From: Cyanobium sp.
GTDB taxonomy: Bacteria; Cyanobacteriota; Cyanobacteriia; PCC-6307; Cyanobiaceae
DNA: 40,708 nucleotides
Assembly: GCA_044376165.1 (NCBI GenBank)
Contig: JBIPMZ010000001.1
Location: 1-40,708, forward strand
Direction of reading: 5' to 3'
Shown here piece after piece: positions 1 to 10,037 of the stretch. How positions within the stretch are numbered: position 1 is the stretch's first letter; each line of letters begins with the position of its first letter. The notes beneath the pieces are model-generated. The model was not told the origin of the DNA. It did no database searches and worked only from the letters and a program-made list of their open reading frames with translations. A program made the translations under genes and the position numbers.

Positions 1-691
<691 letters not shown>

Positions 692-710
692 TCAGCGAGG
701 GCCCGAGAAA

Positions 711-1283
711 TCAGGGACGGGCCTGGCGCGCTTCTGCATTGATCGTGGCCGAAGGGATGCTGGCAAACGGACCACTCTCCTGCCAGACCACTCGCATGCG
801 GTTGGGGGCAATCCACTGGCTCTGCTCCCGGATCAAGCGCTGCTCCCCCTCCACTCGAAAAAGCAGGTCGAAGCGTTCGCGGGCCTTGATCAGCTTCGCG
901 GTTTCCAGTTCGAGTACGGCGGTCATCTCCCCCTGCCGCTCCATCCGCTGCTGATACGCCCCGGCCAACCGCAGCAAGCTCACGCCCGCTACGGCGATCA
1001 GACCCACCTTCACGAGCAGGCCAATCACGCTGCACAGCAACTCCTGCCGCTCCCGACTGAGCGCGATCCTGGGGCCTTCGGGAGGCAACACCGCGAGAGA
1101 AGCTGCAGAGCCCTTGCCAGGGCCCCCTGAAGCCTCGACCCGGGGGCCGAGTGGCGGGAAGGGATCTGACAGGCCAATCACCCCGGCAAAGGGCTCTGAG
1201 GCATCGCTCAGGTGGCGTCGACGCTTGACGCCAGCGCCGGAGCGTGGAGCAGGGGAGGAGGAAGGGCGAAGAGAGGGGCGCAC
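711..1283 (-). CDS. Hypothetical single-TM coiled-coil protein, FtsB/DivIC-like architecture (start uncertain)
   Basis: One hydrophobic segment (LLCSVIGLLVKVGLIAVAGVSLL), then a coiled coil, then EQRLIREQSQWIAPNRMRVVW. Lies between psaM and por. Confidence 0.7.
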   Translation of the reverse strand: MRPSLRPSSSPAPRSGAGVKRRRHLSDASEPFAGVIGLSDPFPPLGPRVEASGGPGKGSAASLAVLPPEGPRIALSRERQELLCSVIGLLVKVGLIAVAGVSLLRLAGAYQQRMERQGEMTAVLELETAKLIKARERFDLLFRVEGEQRLIREQSQWIAPNRMRVVWQESGPFASIPSATINAEARQARP

Positions 1284-1345
1284 CGGCGGGGGGCGGCGGA
1301 CCTCACGCTTTTACCACTCCCGGCGCCCGCTGCCAAGGGCTGGGA

Positions 1346-1450
1346 TCAGGCCTTGTAGAGGCTGAAGCAAAGGCGCACGGCCAGCACGCCCGCATGGGCG
1401 GCCACCACAAGAGCGATCAGGATTTCGACCTGGTTGATCGTTGTGGCCAT
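1346..1450 (-). CDS. psaM: Photosystem I reaction centre subunit XII
   Basis: Manual translation MATTINQVEILIALVVAAHAGVLAVRLCFSLYKA* (34 aa) matches picocyanobacterial PsaM. Below the ORF-track size cutoff. Confidence 0.93.
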   Translation of the reverse strand: MATTINQVEILIALVVAAHAGVLAVRLCFSLYKA

Positions 1451-1538
1451 GGGACGAAGGCGGGGAAGGAGCAACGCCCATTCTTCGCGCCCGGCTGGCT
1501 ACGGTCCACCCCTGGCCCTCCGCCTGTCACAGCTCTTG

Positions 1539-2117
1539 ATGGCCGACGCCGCCAACCCTTCCGCCTCCCATCCCGCCTCCAGCCTCGGCCCCGCCCCCCA
1601 TCCTGGCTCTGGCCCCGATCCTGCCGCCGCTCCGGCGCCGCCCGCGCTTCGACGAACGGTGAACGCCGAGGCCATCCGCCGGCTGGATCTCTCCCCCCTC
1701 TCCGCTTGGGCCGCCCTCGAGCCCGCGGCGCTCCTGGCCTCCGCCGGCCAGCTGGAGCTCCGCTTCGACTGGCCCCGCCCGGAGGAGGATCCGCGTGAGC
1801 TCTCGGAAATTCCCGAATTGCGGCTCTGGAGCTTGCGGGCCGATGCCCTCCATCCCTGGTTGCCCCTGCTGCTGGAGCGCCCCGGCGGTCAGCTCACCCG
1901 GCATGTGGCGATGCTCCTGCCCCACGGCTTCAGTCGCAGCGAAGGCATCCGCTTCGCCCCCGAAAGCCTGGAGCTCTGGCTCACCCATCGCCTGTTCCTC
2001 CTCGACGACTGGCTGGGCCATGCCGGCCTCAACGGCCGGGCCGGACTGGGCCAGATGGCGGCGGTGCTCGGCTACGAGCTCGACCCCGGCTTCTGGAGCC
2101 CCCTCTCCCCTCCGTAA
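1539..2117 (+). CDS. CRR6 family NdhI maturation factor (DUF1817)
   Basis: Motif DPRELSEIPELRLWSLRADALHPWLPLLL...MLLPHGFSRSEGIRF. ATG at 1539 chosen because the upstream extension overlaps psaM. Confidence 0.85.
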   Translation: MADAANPSASHPASSLGPAPHPGSGPDPAAAPAPPALRRTVNAEAIRRLDLSPLSAWAALEPAALLASAGQLELRFDWPRPEEDPRELSEIPELRLWSLRADALHPWLPLLLERPGGQLTRHVAMLLPHGFSRSEGIRFAPESLELWLTHRLFLLDDWLGHAGLNGRAGLGQMAAVLGYELDPGFWSPLSPP

Positions 2118-2129
2118 CCCTCCCCCCCT

Positions 2130-2939
2130 GTGAGCCCCCCGGCCCCGCCCCGTTGGATTCCGCCCCTGCGCCTGGCGGGGGCCTGGCAGATGGCCATCGA
2201 TGAATGGCTGCTCGATCAGGCGATCCACGCCCCCGCCACGGCCGGGGCCCTGCTGCGTTTTTATGCCTGGCGGCGCCCCACCGTTTCGATTGGCTTCCAC
2301 CAGCGCCGGCTGCCGGCCCACTGGCTCGGTCTGCTGGAGCGGGGCTGTGTGGATTTGGTGCGGCGGCCCAGCGGGGGCCGGGCGGTGCTGCATGCCGGCG
2401 AACTCACCTATGCCCTGATCTGGCCCCAGGCCCCCCAACGGCGCTCTCTCGCCTACGAGCAGGCTTGCGACTGGCTGCGGGTCGCCTTCGCGGAGCTGGA
2501 GCAGCCCCTGCTCTTCGGCCGGCTGGCCGCCAGCGCTCAGCGCAGCAGCTGCTTTGCCACCAGCACCGCCGCGGATCTGGTGCACAGCGACGGTGCCAAG
2601 CGCATCGGCAGTGCCCAGCTCTGGCGCAGGGGCTGTCTGCTCCAGCACGGCAGCCTTTTGCTGAATCCCCCGCCGGAGCTGTGGGGGGAGCTCTTCGATC
2701 ATCCGCCGCCCTCCCTGCCCCCGCTGCCCCTGGAGGGGGCGGGCCTGTTGGCCCATTTGCGCCGCGCTGCCGAGCATCACTGGGGGCCCCTGCAGGGCCA
2801 GCCGCTGGCGGAGCGGCCCCTCACGCCGGCGGAATGGAAGGAGATCGCCCTGCGCGTGCCCCGCTACGGGCTTTCGCCCGAGGCCTGGGAGGGAAGCGGC
2901 ACCACCTCGCCCGCCGCCACCATGCCACGGGCCACCTGA
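2130..2939 (+). CDS. Lipoate-protein ligase A family (BPL/LplA/LipB)
   Basis: QMAIDEWLL, LRFYAW..PTVSIG, VRRPSGGRAVLH, KRIGSAQ, LQHGSLL motifs. Confidence 0.9.
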   Translation: MSPPAPPRWIPPLRLAGAWQMAIDEWLLDQAIHAPATAGALLRFYAWRRPTVSIGFHQRRLPAHWLGLLERGCVDLVRRPSGGRAVLHAGELTYALIWPQAPQRRSLAYEQACDWLRVAFAELEQPLLFGRLAASAQRSSCFATSTAADLVHSDGAKRIGSAQLWRRGCLLQHGSLLLNPPPELWGELFDHPPPSLPPLPLEGAGLLAHLRRAAEHHWGPLQGQPLAERPLTPAEWKEIALRVPRYGLSPEAWEGSGTTSPAATMPRAT

Positions 2940-4180
2940 GCCAGGTTGAGACCGGGGGGGTAGGCCCCCTGGCGCCGCGCCAGGGCCAGAATTTCGGGGG
3001 GCACCCGCAGCCCCAGGCGCTGCAGCACCGCCTCGGCCAGCTCCCCCTTCTCCAAAGTGCCGCAGGGAAGCCCCGCGGGGCTGAGCACCAGCAGCCGGGG
3101 AGCTTCGCTCTCCTCAAACTGCAGGGCCGCCTGCCAGAGGGCCGCCGTTTCCCGGATGGAGGGCAGGCTGTCGAGCGGCCGCACGTGATCGCCGATCCGC
3201 TCGCGGTCCCAGCGCTGCACCGGCAGCTCCTGCAGCGGGCGGTCGTCGATCACCCCCTTCCAACGCCCGCCGTCGCAGACCAGCAGCCAGTCGGGTAGAT
3301 CCGACGCGGCCTCGGCCTTGGCGGCGCCGCCTCCCCCGGTCTGGCGCTCCTGGTCGATGAACTCCCGCAGGCGCATCTCGCTCAACTGGCGCAGGGTGGA
3401 GGAACCCTCCAAGACGCGGAAGCGGCGGCGGGACACCTCACGAACGGACAGATCGCGCAAGGCCCGCTGCACCTGGAGCTGCAGCTGCTGGCTGCGGGCC
3501 GCCCCCAGTCCGAACCAGCCCAGCAGCAACAGCCAGGCGGCCCCGAGGCTGCCACCGCGGATCAGGGAGTAGCTGCCGAGGCCGATCGCCATCCAGGAGA
3601 GGAAGCGGCCGCTGGCGTTGGCAATCTCGACCCCCCGCCGCTGGCTCCCGGTGACCTGCCAAACGAGGGCTTTGAGGATCAGGCCACCGTCGAGGGGCAG
3701 CCCGGGCAGCAGGTTGAAGATCCCGAGGCTGAGGTTGAGCACCGCAAGGTCTGTGGCCACCTGTCCGAGGACGGGGGAGAGCTGGCTGGCGCCCTGGCGG
3801 ACCAGAAAGAGGGCGGCGCTGAGCACCAGGCTCACCGCCGGGCCGGCGGCCGCCACCAGCAGGGCATCGCGGGCCGAGGCGCACTCCCGCTCGACGCTGG
3901 CAATCCCCCCGAAGAGGAACAGGGTGATGCTGCGCACCTTCACCCCCTGGGCCATCGCCACCAGGGAATGGCCGAGCTCGTGCAGCACCACCGAGACAAA
4001 CAACAAAACGGCCGTGAGCAGGGCGACCGGCCACACCGGCAGGCTGCCCAGAGTCGGGGCCAGCAGGTCGCGGTAGTAGCGCTCCATCACCACGGTGACC
4101 AGCGCCAGGATCACGAACCAGCTGGGCTGGACGCGCACGGGAATTCCCCGAACTTTGAACAGTTGCCAGCCTTCGGCCAC
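2864..4180 (-). CDS. Site-2 protease (M50) with C-terminal CBS-like region
   Basis: HELGH zinc motif, AGPAVS, FNLLPGLPLDGG, several TM segments. Confidence 0.92.
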   Translation of the reverse strand: MAEGWQLFKVRGIPVRVQPSWFVILALVTVVMERYYRDLLAPTLGSLPVWPVALLTAVLLFVSVVLHELGHSLVAMAQGVKVRSITLFLFGGIASVERECASARDALLVAAAGPAVSLVLSAALFLVRQGASQLSPVLGQVATDLAVLNLSLGIFNLLPGLPLDGGLILKALVWQVTGSQRRGVEIANASGRFLSWMAIGLGSYSLIRGGSLGAAWLLLLGWFGLGAARSQQLQLQVQRALRDLSVREVSRRRFRVLEGSSTLRQLSEMRLREFIDQERQTGGGGAAKAEAASDLPDWLLVCDGGRWKGVIDDRPLQELPVQRWDRERIGDHVRPLDSLPSIRETAALWQAALQFEESEAPRLLVLSPAGLPCGTLEKGELAEAVLQRLGLRVPPEILALARRQGAYPPGLNLAQVARGMVAAGEVVPLPSQASGESP

Positions 4181-4265
4181 GATTCCCTGGGCGGAGAGGA
4201 GCCCAGGCCGAACCCGGGTTTCCCGATCCTAGAAAGAACCCCCACCCCGCCCCCCCTCCGGTTTC

Positions 4266-4955
4266 GTGACGCTCCTCAAGATCTGCGGTCTTCGACAGCC
4301 GCTGCAGGCCCGGGCCGTGGCGGAGCTGGGGGTGGAGGCGATCGGCGTGATTGCCGTGCCCGGCTCGCCGCGCTACTTGGAGGCTTCGTTGCGGCCCGCC
4401 CTGTTTGAGGCGGTGGGCGCGGTCCGGCCCGACTGCCGGCGGGTGCTGGTGGTGGCCGACCCGACGGAGGCGGATCTGCCGGCGCTGCAGCCCGGGCGTG
4501 GCCACGACCTGATCCAGCTCCACGGCGGGGAGAGCCCCCAGCGCTGCCGCGAGCTGCGCCAGCGGTTGGGCCTGCCCCTCTGGAAGGCGGTGCGGGTGCG
4601 CAGCCCCGCCCAGCTGCAGGCCTGCTCCGCCTGGCTGGGGGTGGTGGACGCCCTGCTGCTCGATGCCTGGGTGCCCGACCAGCTGGGGGGTACGGGCCAC
4701 CCGATCCCCCCGGAGTGGTTGGCGGATTTTGCCCCGCCGCTTCCCTGGTGGCTGGCGGGGGGGATCACGCCGGAGCGGGCCCCGGGGCTGCTGGCGCGCC
4801 TGCGGCCCACCGGCCTGGATGCGTCGAGCGGTGTGGAGGACGCCCCGGGGGAGAAGAACCTGTCCCGGGTGGCCGCCCTCGTGCAGGCGGTGCGGCATGG
4901 GGGGCCGGCGGCGGCGGGGGCTCTCGGCGGCGGGCGAGGATCGGCTTCCCCCTGA
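4266..4955 (+). CDS. trpF: Phosphoribosylanthranilate isomerase
   Basis: LKICGL, IQLHGGE, LLLDA...GGTG, WLAGGI, LDASSGVE..PGEK motifs. Confidence 0.95.
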   Translation: MTLLKICGLRQPLQARAVAELGVEAIGVIAVPGSPRYLEASLRPALFEAVGAVRPDCRRVLVVADPTEADLPALQPGRGHDLIQLHGGESPQRCRELRQRLGLPLWKAVRVRSPAQLQACSAWLGVVDALLLDAWVPDQLGGTGHPIPPEWLADFAPPLPWWLAGGITPERAPGLLARLRPTGLDASSGVEDAPGEKNLSRVAALVQAVRHGGPAAAGALGGGRGSASP

Positions 4956-4965
4956 AACGGCCGCC

Positions 4966-5547
4966 TTGCGCCCCTTCCCTGCCTCCCCGCCGGCGCTCCT
5001 CCACCAGCCACCCGGCCAGACCCCCGCAGCCTGGCCCCGGAGGGCCCTGCCGCTCCTTCTGGCGTTGGGGATCCCCCTCACCCAGCCCCTGCCAGGGCGC
5101 AGCCAAGACCTGGTGGGCTGTCAGCTGTTGGGGGGAACGCTCCAATGCGTGCCGGGCGTCAGCGCCGACCCCCAGCAGCAGATCCGCATCCTCGAGGGGG
5201 AGATCCGCCGCGATCAGGCCCTGGAGGGGGCGGTGGAGCAAGGGATCAGCGGAATGCGCCAGCTGGTGCTCCAGGGTGAGGCCCGGGAGGGGCAGCTGCT
5301 GCAGGCCCGCGTGGATGCCGACGCCCTGGCGGGTCTCCCCCCTTCCGCCTACCACTGGTACCGCCTGGCGCCGGGCCGGATGGCCTGGGAGCTGATCGCC
5401 GCAGCCGCCGGGCCCACCTACCGACTGCAACCGGGAGACGTGGCCTATCAGGTGATGGTGGTGGTGGCGGTACCGACCGACACAGGCAGCCAACGCAGCG
5501 CCTCGGTCCCCCTCGGCCCGGTTCAGGCGGCGGGAGCCGGGCTCTGA
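4966..5547 (+). CDS. Hypothetical exported protein with a C-terminal Ig-like domain (start uncertain)
   Basis: 3' part of ORF 4663-5547. Signal-like RRALPLLLALGIPL, Cys pair (GCQ...QCVPG), and a YHWYR...W..I..A...TY....D pattern. Confidence 0.65.
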   Translation: MRPFPASPPALLHQPPGQTPAAWPRRALPLLLALGIPLTQPLPGRSQDLVGCQLLGGTLQCVPGVSADPQQQIRILEGEIRRDQALEGAVEQGISGMRQLVLQGEAREGQLLQARVDADALAGLPPSAYHWYRLAPGRMAWELIAAAAGPTYRLQPGDVAYQVMVVVAVPTDTGSQRSASVPLGPVQAAGAGL

Positions 5548-5561
5548 GCCGCGCCGTGGCC

Positions 5562-5579
5562 GCCCGCGGGCCCGCGGGC
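5562..5579. repeat. Perfect 18-bp GC palindrome between convergent genes
   Basis: gcccgcgggcccgcgggc is its own reverse complement. Confidence 0.6.
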
Positions 5580-5586
5580 CGGGCCC

Positions 5587-6357
5587 TCAGCGATCGAGCA
5601 TCGATTCCTGCTGCTTCACCAGCTCAAAGAACTCCTGCTTGAGGCTGGGATCGTGGCGGAAATCGCCGCGGACAACGGAGTTGACCATGCTGGTGTGGGG
5701 TTCTTTCACACCTCGCCATTTCATGCAATAGTGCTGGGCTTTCACCAGGATTGCGAGCCCTTGGGGCTTGCAGAGGCGCTCGATCTCATCGGCGAGGATC
5801 ATTACCGCCTCCTCCTGGATGTGGGGGCGGGAGAACACCCAGTCGGCTACGCGGGTGAACTTCGAGAGACCGATCACCCGTTCCCCGGGTTTGATGCCGA
5901 TCCAGCAGCTGCCCAGGATGGGCACGAGGTGGTGCGAGCAAGCGGAACGTACGGTAATCGGCCCAACCGTATAAATCTCGTCAAGCTTCTTGACATTGGG
6001 AAAACTGGCGATCTTCGGCTGCTGGTGGTAACGGCCCTTGAACACCTCATGCAAATACATCCTGGCCACCCGCTCGGCCGTCTCGGCGGTGTTGTGGTCG
6101 TTGTCGATATCGATCACCAGGCTGCGCAGCAGCTCGCGCACCCGATCGGTGACCTCTTCCTCCAGCTGCTCCATCTCACCCTCTCGGATGTGAGCGGCGA
6201 TGTTGTCGTTGGCCAGAAAGGGGATGCCGGCGTCCTCAAGGCGGCGACGGATGCGCAGGCTCGCGGGCACCGGCAGCGCGGCGGCGGGCGGGGAGAGGTC
6301 GCGGCTGCGGCTTGGGAGGTCGCGACTGCCGAGGCCGTTGGGGAGGGTGGAGGTCAT
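5587..6357 (-). CDS. folE: GTP cyclohydrolase I
   Basis: SACSHHLVP, IGLSKFTRV, RPHIQE, AQHYCMKWRGV motifs. Confidence 0.96.
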   Translation of the reverse strand: MTSTLPNGLGSRDLPSRSRDLSPPAAALPVPASLRIRRRLEDAGIPFLANDNIAAHIREGEMEQLEEEVTDRVRELLRSLVIDIDNDHNTAETAERVARMYLHEVFKGRYHQQPKIASFPNVKKLDEIYTVGPITVRSACSHHLVPILGSCWIGIKPGERVIGLSKFTRVADWVFSRPHIQEEAVMILADEIERLCKPQGLAILVKAQHYCMKWRGVKEPHTSMVNSVVRGDFRHDPSLKQEFFELVKQQESMLDR

Positions 6358-6363
6358 GGGGGT

Positions 6364-7077
6364 TCAGAAGGCGCCGGCTGCCGGCATCAGGGTGAGGTCC
6401 TCGACCGTCTGGTCCGGAGGCTGCTGGGCGAGGTACAGAAGGGCATCGGCCGCCTGCTCGGGCGCAAGCATGGCACGCCGATCGAAAGAACTGCTAACGG
6501 TTTCGCTGTCCCAGAGGGGGGTGTTGACCGAACCGAGCGTGAGGGTGCAAACGCGTATCCCGTACTTGCGCTCCTCGGCGGCCAAACAGCGGCTGAACGA
6601 CTGCAAAGCAGCCTTGCTGACGCAGTAGGCCCCCCAATCCGGAAAGGCCGCCCGCGCCGCATGGCTGCTGACGTTGACGATCAGGCCCCCACCGGCGGCG
6701 CGCAGCTGGGGCAGCAGCGCCTGGCACACGGCGAAAACGCTGGTGAGATTGAGCTGCAGCAACCACTGCCAGCGCTCCAGCGGCATCTCGGCCAGGGGAC
6801 CGGTCCAGGCGGCACCGGCATTGTTGATCACCACCGAGGGGGTCAAGCCCCGCCCGCAGAGTGCGGCAAGGCCCGGGGCAATCGTCTCGGTCGCCGCCAG
6901 GTCGATGGCCGCCACCTCCACCCGCCTGCCGCTGCCGCCCCTGAGATCCGCCGCCAGGGTTTCCAGGGCCTCACCCGACCTCGCAACCAGGAGCAGATCG
7001 TGGCCCGCGGCGGCGAAGCGTCGGGCGGCCGCCGCTCCGATGCCCCGGGTGGCGCCGGTGATCAAGGTGGTGGGCAA
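6364..7077 (-). CDS. Short-chain dehydrogenase/reductase
   Basis: TGATRGIG, NNAG, YCVSK. Sits between accA and folE, the usual position in the cyanobacterial alkane cluster. Confidence 0.93.
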   Translation of the reverse strand: MPTTLITGATRGIGAAAARRFAAAGHDLLLVARSGEALETLAADLRGGSGRRVEVAAIDLAATETIAPGLAALCGRGLTPSVVINNAGAAWTGPLAEMPLERWQWLLQLNLTSVFAVCQALLPQLRAAGGGLIVNVSSHAARAAFPDWGAYCVSKAALQSFSRCLAAEERKYGIRVCTLTLGSVNTPLWDSETVSSSFDRRAMLAPEQAADALLYLAQQPPDQTVEDLTLMPAAGAF

Positions 7078-7104
7078 TGCGAAAGCAACGCAGGGCTCAG
7101 AACC

Positions 7105-8097
7105 CTAAAGCGCCCGGGCCGGTTCCGTTGCCGGAGACCCCTCCAGGAACCTCCCCATGGCCCGGAACTTGCGGTAGCGCTGGGCGATCAGCTCCGACTC
7201 CGGCAGGGCCTGCAGCTCTTCGAGGTGGGTGAGGATCGCCTGCTTGAGCGTCTGTGCGGCCTGCAGCGGCGCCCAGTGATTGCCCCCGGAGGGCTCCTTG
7301 AGCACGGCGTCGATGATGCCCAGCTGCTGGAGATCGGCCCCTGTGATGCGCAGCGCCTCCGCCGCCACCGGCGCCTTGGCCGCGTCGCGCCAGAGGATCG
7401 AAGCGCAGGCCTCCGGACTGGCCACGGTGTATACGCTGTGCTCGAACATCAGCAGCCGGTCGGCCACGCCGATGCCCAGCGCTCCGCCGGAGCCCCCCTC
7501 CCCGATCACGGTGGCGATGATCGGCACCCGCAACCGGAACATCTCCCGCAGGTTGACGGCGATCGCCTCCCCTTGGCCCTGCTCCTCCGCCAGCACCCCG
7601 GCATAGGCGCCCGGCGTGTCGATGAAGCTGAGGATCGGCAGGCGGAAGCGGTCGGCATGCTCCATCAAGCGCATCGCCTTGCGGTACCCGCCCGGGGAGG
7701 CCATGCCGAAGTTGCGGGCCACGTTCTCCTTCATGTCCCGTCCCTTCTGGTGGCCCAGCAGCACCACCCCCTGGTCGCCGATGCGGCCGATGCCCCCCAC
7801 CAGCGCCTTGTCATCGGAACCACGCCGGTCGCCGTGCAGCTCGATCCAGGTGTCGGTGATCACCTGGATGTAGTCGAGGGTGCTGGGGCGCTGCGGATGG
7901 CGGGCGACCTGGATCCGCTGGGACGGGGTGAGGGACTTGAAAATCTCCTCGCGGCGGCGGGTGGCGAGGGTTTCCAGTTGCAGCAACTGCTGGCTCACGT
8001 CCACCTCCGAATCGCGGGCCAACTGACGGATCTGCTCGATCTGATCCTCCAGCTCTACCAGCGGTTTCTCGAAATCGAGCAGGGCGCGACGGACCAT
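7105..8097 (-). CDS. accA: Acetyl-CoA carboxylase carboxyltransferase alpha subunit
   Basis: [47 protein letters not shown] motifs. Confidence 0.97.
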   Translation of the reverse strand: MVRRALLDFEKPLVELEDQIEQIRQLARDSEVDVSQQLLQLETLATRRREEIFKSLTPSQRIQVARHPQRPSTLDYIQVITDTWIELHGDRRGSDDKALVGGIGRIGDQGVVLLGHQKGRDMKENVARNFGMASPGGYRKAMRLMEHADRFRLPILSFIDTPGAYAGVLAEEQGQGEAIAVNLREMFRLRVPIIATVIGEGGSGGALGIGVADRLLMFEHSVYTVASPEACASILWRDAAKAPVAAEALRITGADLQQLGIIDAVLKEPSGGNHWAPLQAAQTLKQAILTHLEELQALPESELIAQRYRKFRAMGRFLEGSPATEPARAL

Positions 8098-8141
8098 GGG
8101 GGCAGGACGGAGGGAAGGGGAGGGGAAACGGGCGGCGGGGC

Positions 8142-9197
8142 TCAGGCGGCGGGGACCGCGGTCGCGACGGCGGCGGGGCTCTGCAGTTCGATCGCCCTGA
8201 AGCCATGGCGCAGCGAGGCGGCGCCGATCTGGTCCATCCGTTCGAGCCGGATCTGATTGCGACCCCAGCTGAAGTTGGTGTGCAACCCCTCGAAATCGAG
8301 CAGCATCGCCTCGGCGAAGCAGGCGAACATCTGGCGCTGGGGCCGGGCCATGGCGGCGGCCAGGGCCACCACCTGCCAGTGGATGTCGGTGTGGAACTCC
8401 ACGATTCCTCCCTTCAACACATGCACCCCCTCGCTGGCCGCCTTGCTGTCGAGGTTCTTGGGATAGCCGCCGTCGATCATCAGGCAGGGCCGCTTCAGCG
8501 AGCCGACGTCGATGCTCAGGCTTTCCGGCAGGCTGGCCACCCACACCACCACGTCCGCCTCCTTGAGAGCCTCCTCCAGCGGCAGGATGCGTCCTCCGCC
8601 CAGGGAGGCCTGCAGATCCTTGAGGGGTTGCTCCTTGCGGGCCACCAGCAGGAGCTCACCCACGCCGCTTCGCGCGCTCAGCCAGTGGCACACCGCACTG
8701 CCGATGTCGCCGGTGGCGCCGATCACCGCCACCTTCGCCCGCGCCAGCTCCAGGCCCACGAGGGGGGCGTTCCTCTCCACCTGTCGGCAGATCACCCAGG
8801 CCGTGTGGGTGTTGCCGGTGGTGAATCGCTCCCAGGCGAGCGTGGTGGCGCGCACCTGCTGCTCCCGCAGCAGATTCATGTCCTCAAAGATGATCGAGGT
8901 GAACCCGCCCAGGGCGCTGATGTCGAGACCACTCTTCTGGGCCAGCTCCATGGCGTTGAGCACCTTGCGCTTTGCGGTCTTGAAGCGCCGCAGCATCTCC
9001 GGCACAAAAACCGAATCGATATAAGCCCCCTCGATCCGCTGGCCGGTGGCGCTCACCACCTCGAAGCGTTCCACCAGCTGGGGAGGGGCACTGCACCACA
9101 TGTCCAGATCACCGGCGGCATACTCGGGGTAATCGAGTTGGGCGGCCAGGGAGCGGGCGGCCTCAAAGCTGGTGGAGTGACCGATCAGGCCGAACAT
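8142..9197 (-). CDS. aar: Long-chain acyl-ACP reductase (alkane biosynthesis)
   Basis: [46 protein letters not shown] (catalytic Cys), FSWGRN. Confidence 0.97.
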   Translation of the reverse strand: MFGLIGHSTSFEAARSLAAQLDYPEYAAGDLDMWCSAPPQLVERFEVVSATGQRIEGAYIDSVFVPEMLRRFKTAKRKVLNAMELAQKSGLDISALGGFTSIIFEDMNLLREQQVRATTLAWERFTTGNTHTAWVICRQVERNAPLVGLELARAKVAVIGATGDIGSAVCHWLSARSGVGELLLVARKEQPLKDLQASLGGGRILPLEEALKEADVVVWVASLPESLSIDVGSLKRPCLMIDGGYPKNLDSKAASEGVHVLKGGIVEFHTDIHWQVVALAAAMARPQRQMFACFAEAMLLDFEGLHTNFSWGRNQIRLERMDQIGAASLRHGFRAIELQSPAAVATAVPAA

Positions 9198-9277
9198 GCG
9201 CGGAGGATGGGGCCGAGAGGGGGGAGCCGGCTGTCACCGGGGGCACATCTTGCCACGCGCGAAGCGGGGAGCCTGGC

Positions 9278-10003
9278 TCAGCCCACCAGCGCAGCGGCGG
9301 CCATGCGGGCGATTTCGCGGGAGCTGAAGCCGATCTCGGTGAGGGCTTCCTGGTAGGCGATCAAAAAATCCTCGATCAGATCCTCCTTCTCCATCTGGAG
9401 CACCGCTGCATCCGCCGCCACCCGCTCCAGCATGCGACGCACATGGGGCAGGTTGTCGCGGTTGGCCCGCTCGAGCTCGGCGCGGCTGGCCTCAAAATTG
9501 GCCTTCAGCCACTCCTGGCCGTAGTTGAGGTGGGTGTACTCATCCTGCACGACCCCTTCGGTGATCTTGCGGGCGAAGGGGTCGGCGACAGGGATATAGA
9601 TGTGATAAGCCGCGATCGCAAAGGCCTCGATCAAGAGAGCCTGGATCAGCAGGCAGGTCACCACCTGGCCTTCGGCCAGCGCCGCCTGGAAATTTTCGCG
9701 CAGGGGGGAGAAGAACTCGCGGGCAAAGGCCATGTCGGCGGTCACGCCGAGGTTGGTGCCGCAGGCGGTGAAGCCCTTCATGTGCTTGAGCTCCATGCGG
9801 GCCAGGCGGGTGAGCTCAGCGGCCTGGTCGGGCAGCAGGCTGCCGATGGCGATGTAGTTGTCATGGGCCTCCTGCTCGCCTTCGATCACGATCGCGTTGA
9901 TGCGGCTGTAGGCGTCCTTGTACGTCTCGCTGCCGAAGTCGGGCAGGCCCTCGCCCGTCGCGGCAGGGCCGGCAGCGGTGGTGCTGGTTTCGGCGATCGG
10001 CAT
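9278..10003 (-). CDS. ado: Aldehyde-deformylating oxygenase
   Basis: [44 protein letters not shown] di-iron motifs. Adjacent to aar. Confidence 0.97.
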   Translation of the reverse strand: MPIAETSTTAAGPAATGEGLPDFGSETYKDAYSRINAIVIEGEQEAHDNYIAIGSLLPDQAAELTRLARMELKHMKGFTACGTNLGVTADMAFAREFFSPLRENFQAALAEGQVVTCLLIQALLIEAFAIAAYHIYIPVADPFARKITEGVVQDEYTHLNYGQEWLKANFEASRAELERANRDNLPHVRRMLERVAADAAVLQMEKEDLIEDFLIAYQEALTEIGFSSREIARMAAAALVG

Positions 10004-10030
10004 GGGGGCCGCAGGAGAACAGTGGGGTGA

Positions 10031-10036
10031 ACTGTA
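10031..10036 (-). promoter_or_regulatory. Candidate -10 element (TACAGT) upstream of ado
   Basis: TAnnnT hexamer 28 bp upstream of the ado ATG, in the short AT-richer gap after the creatininase stop. Confidence 0.3.
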
Positions 10037-10037
10037 A

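Noticed and set aside
5653-8256. 867-aa plus-strand ORF
   Set aside because: Antisense shadow of folE, SDR and accA, which happen to share one frame. High GC3 suppresses stops, and the translation has no motifs.
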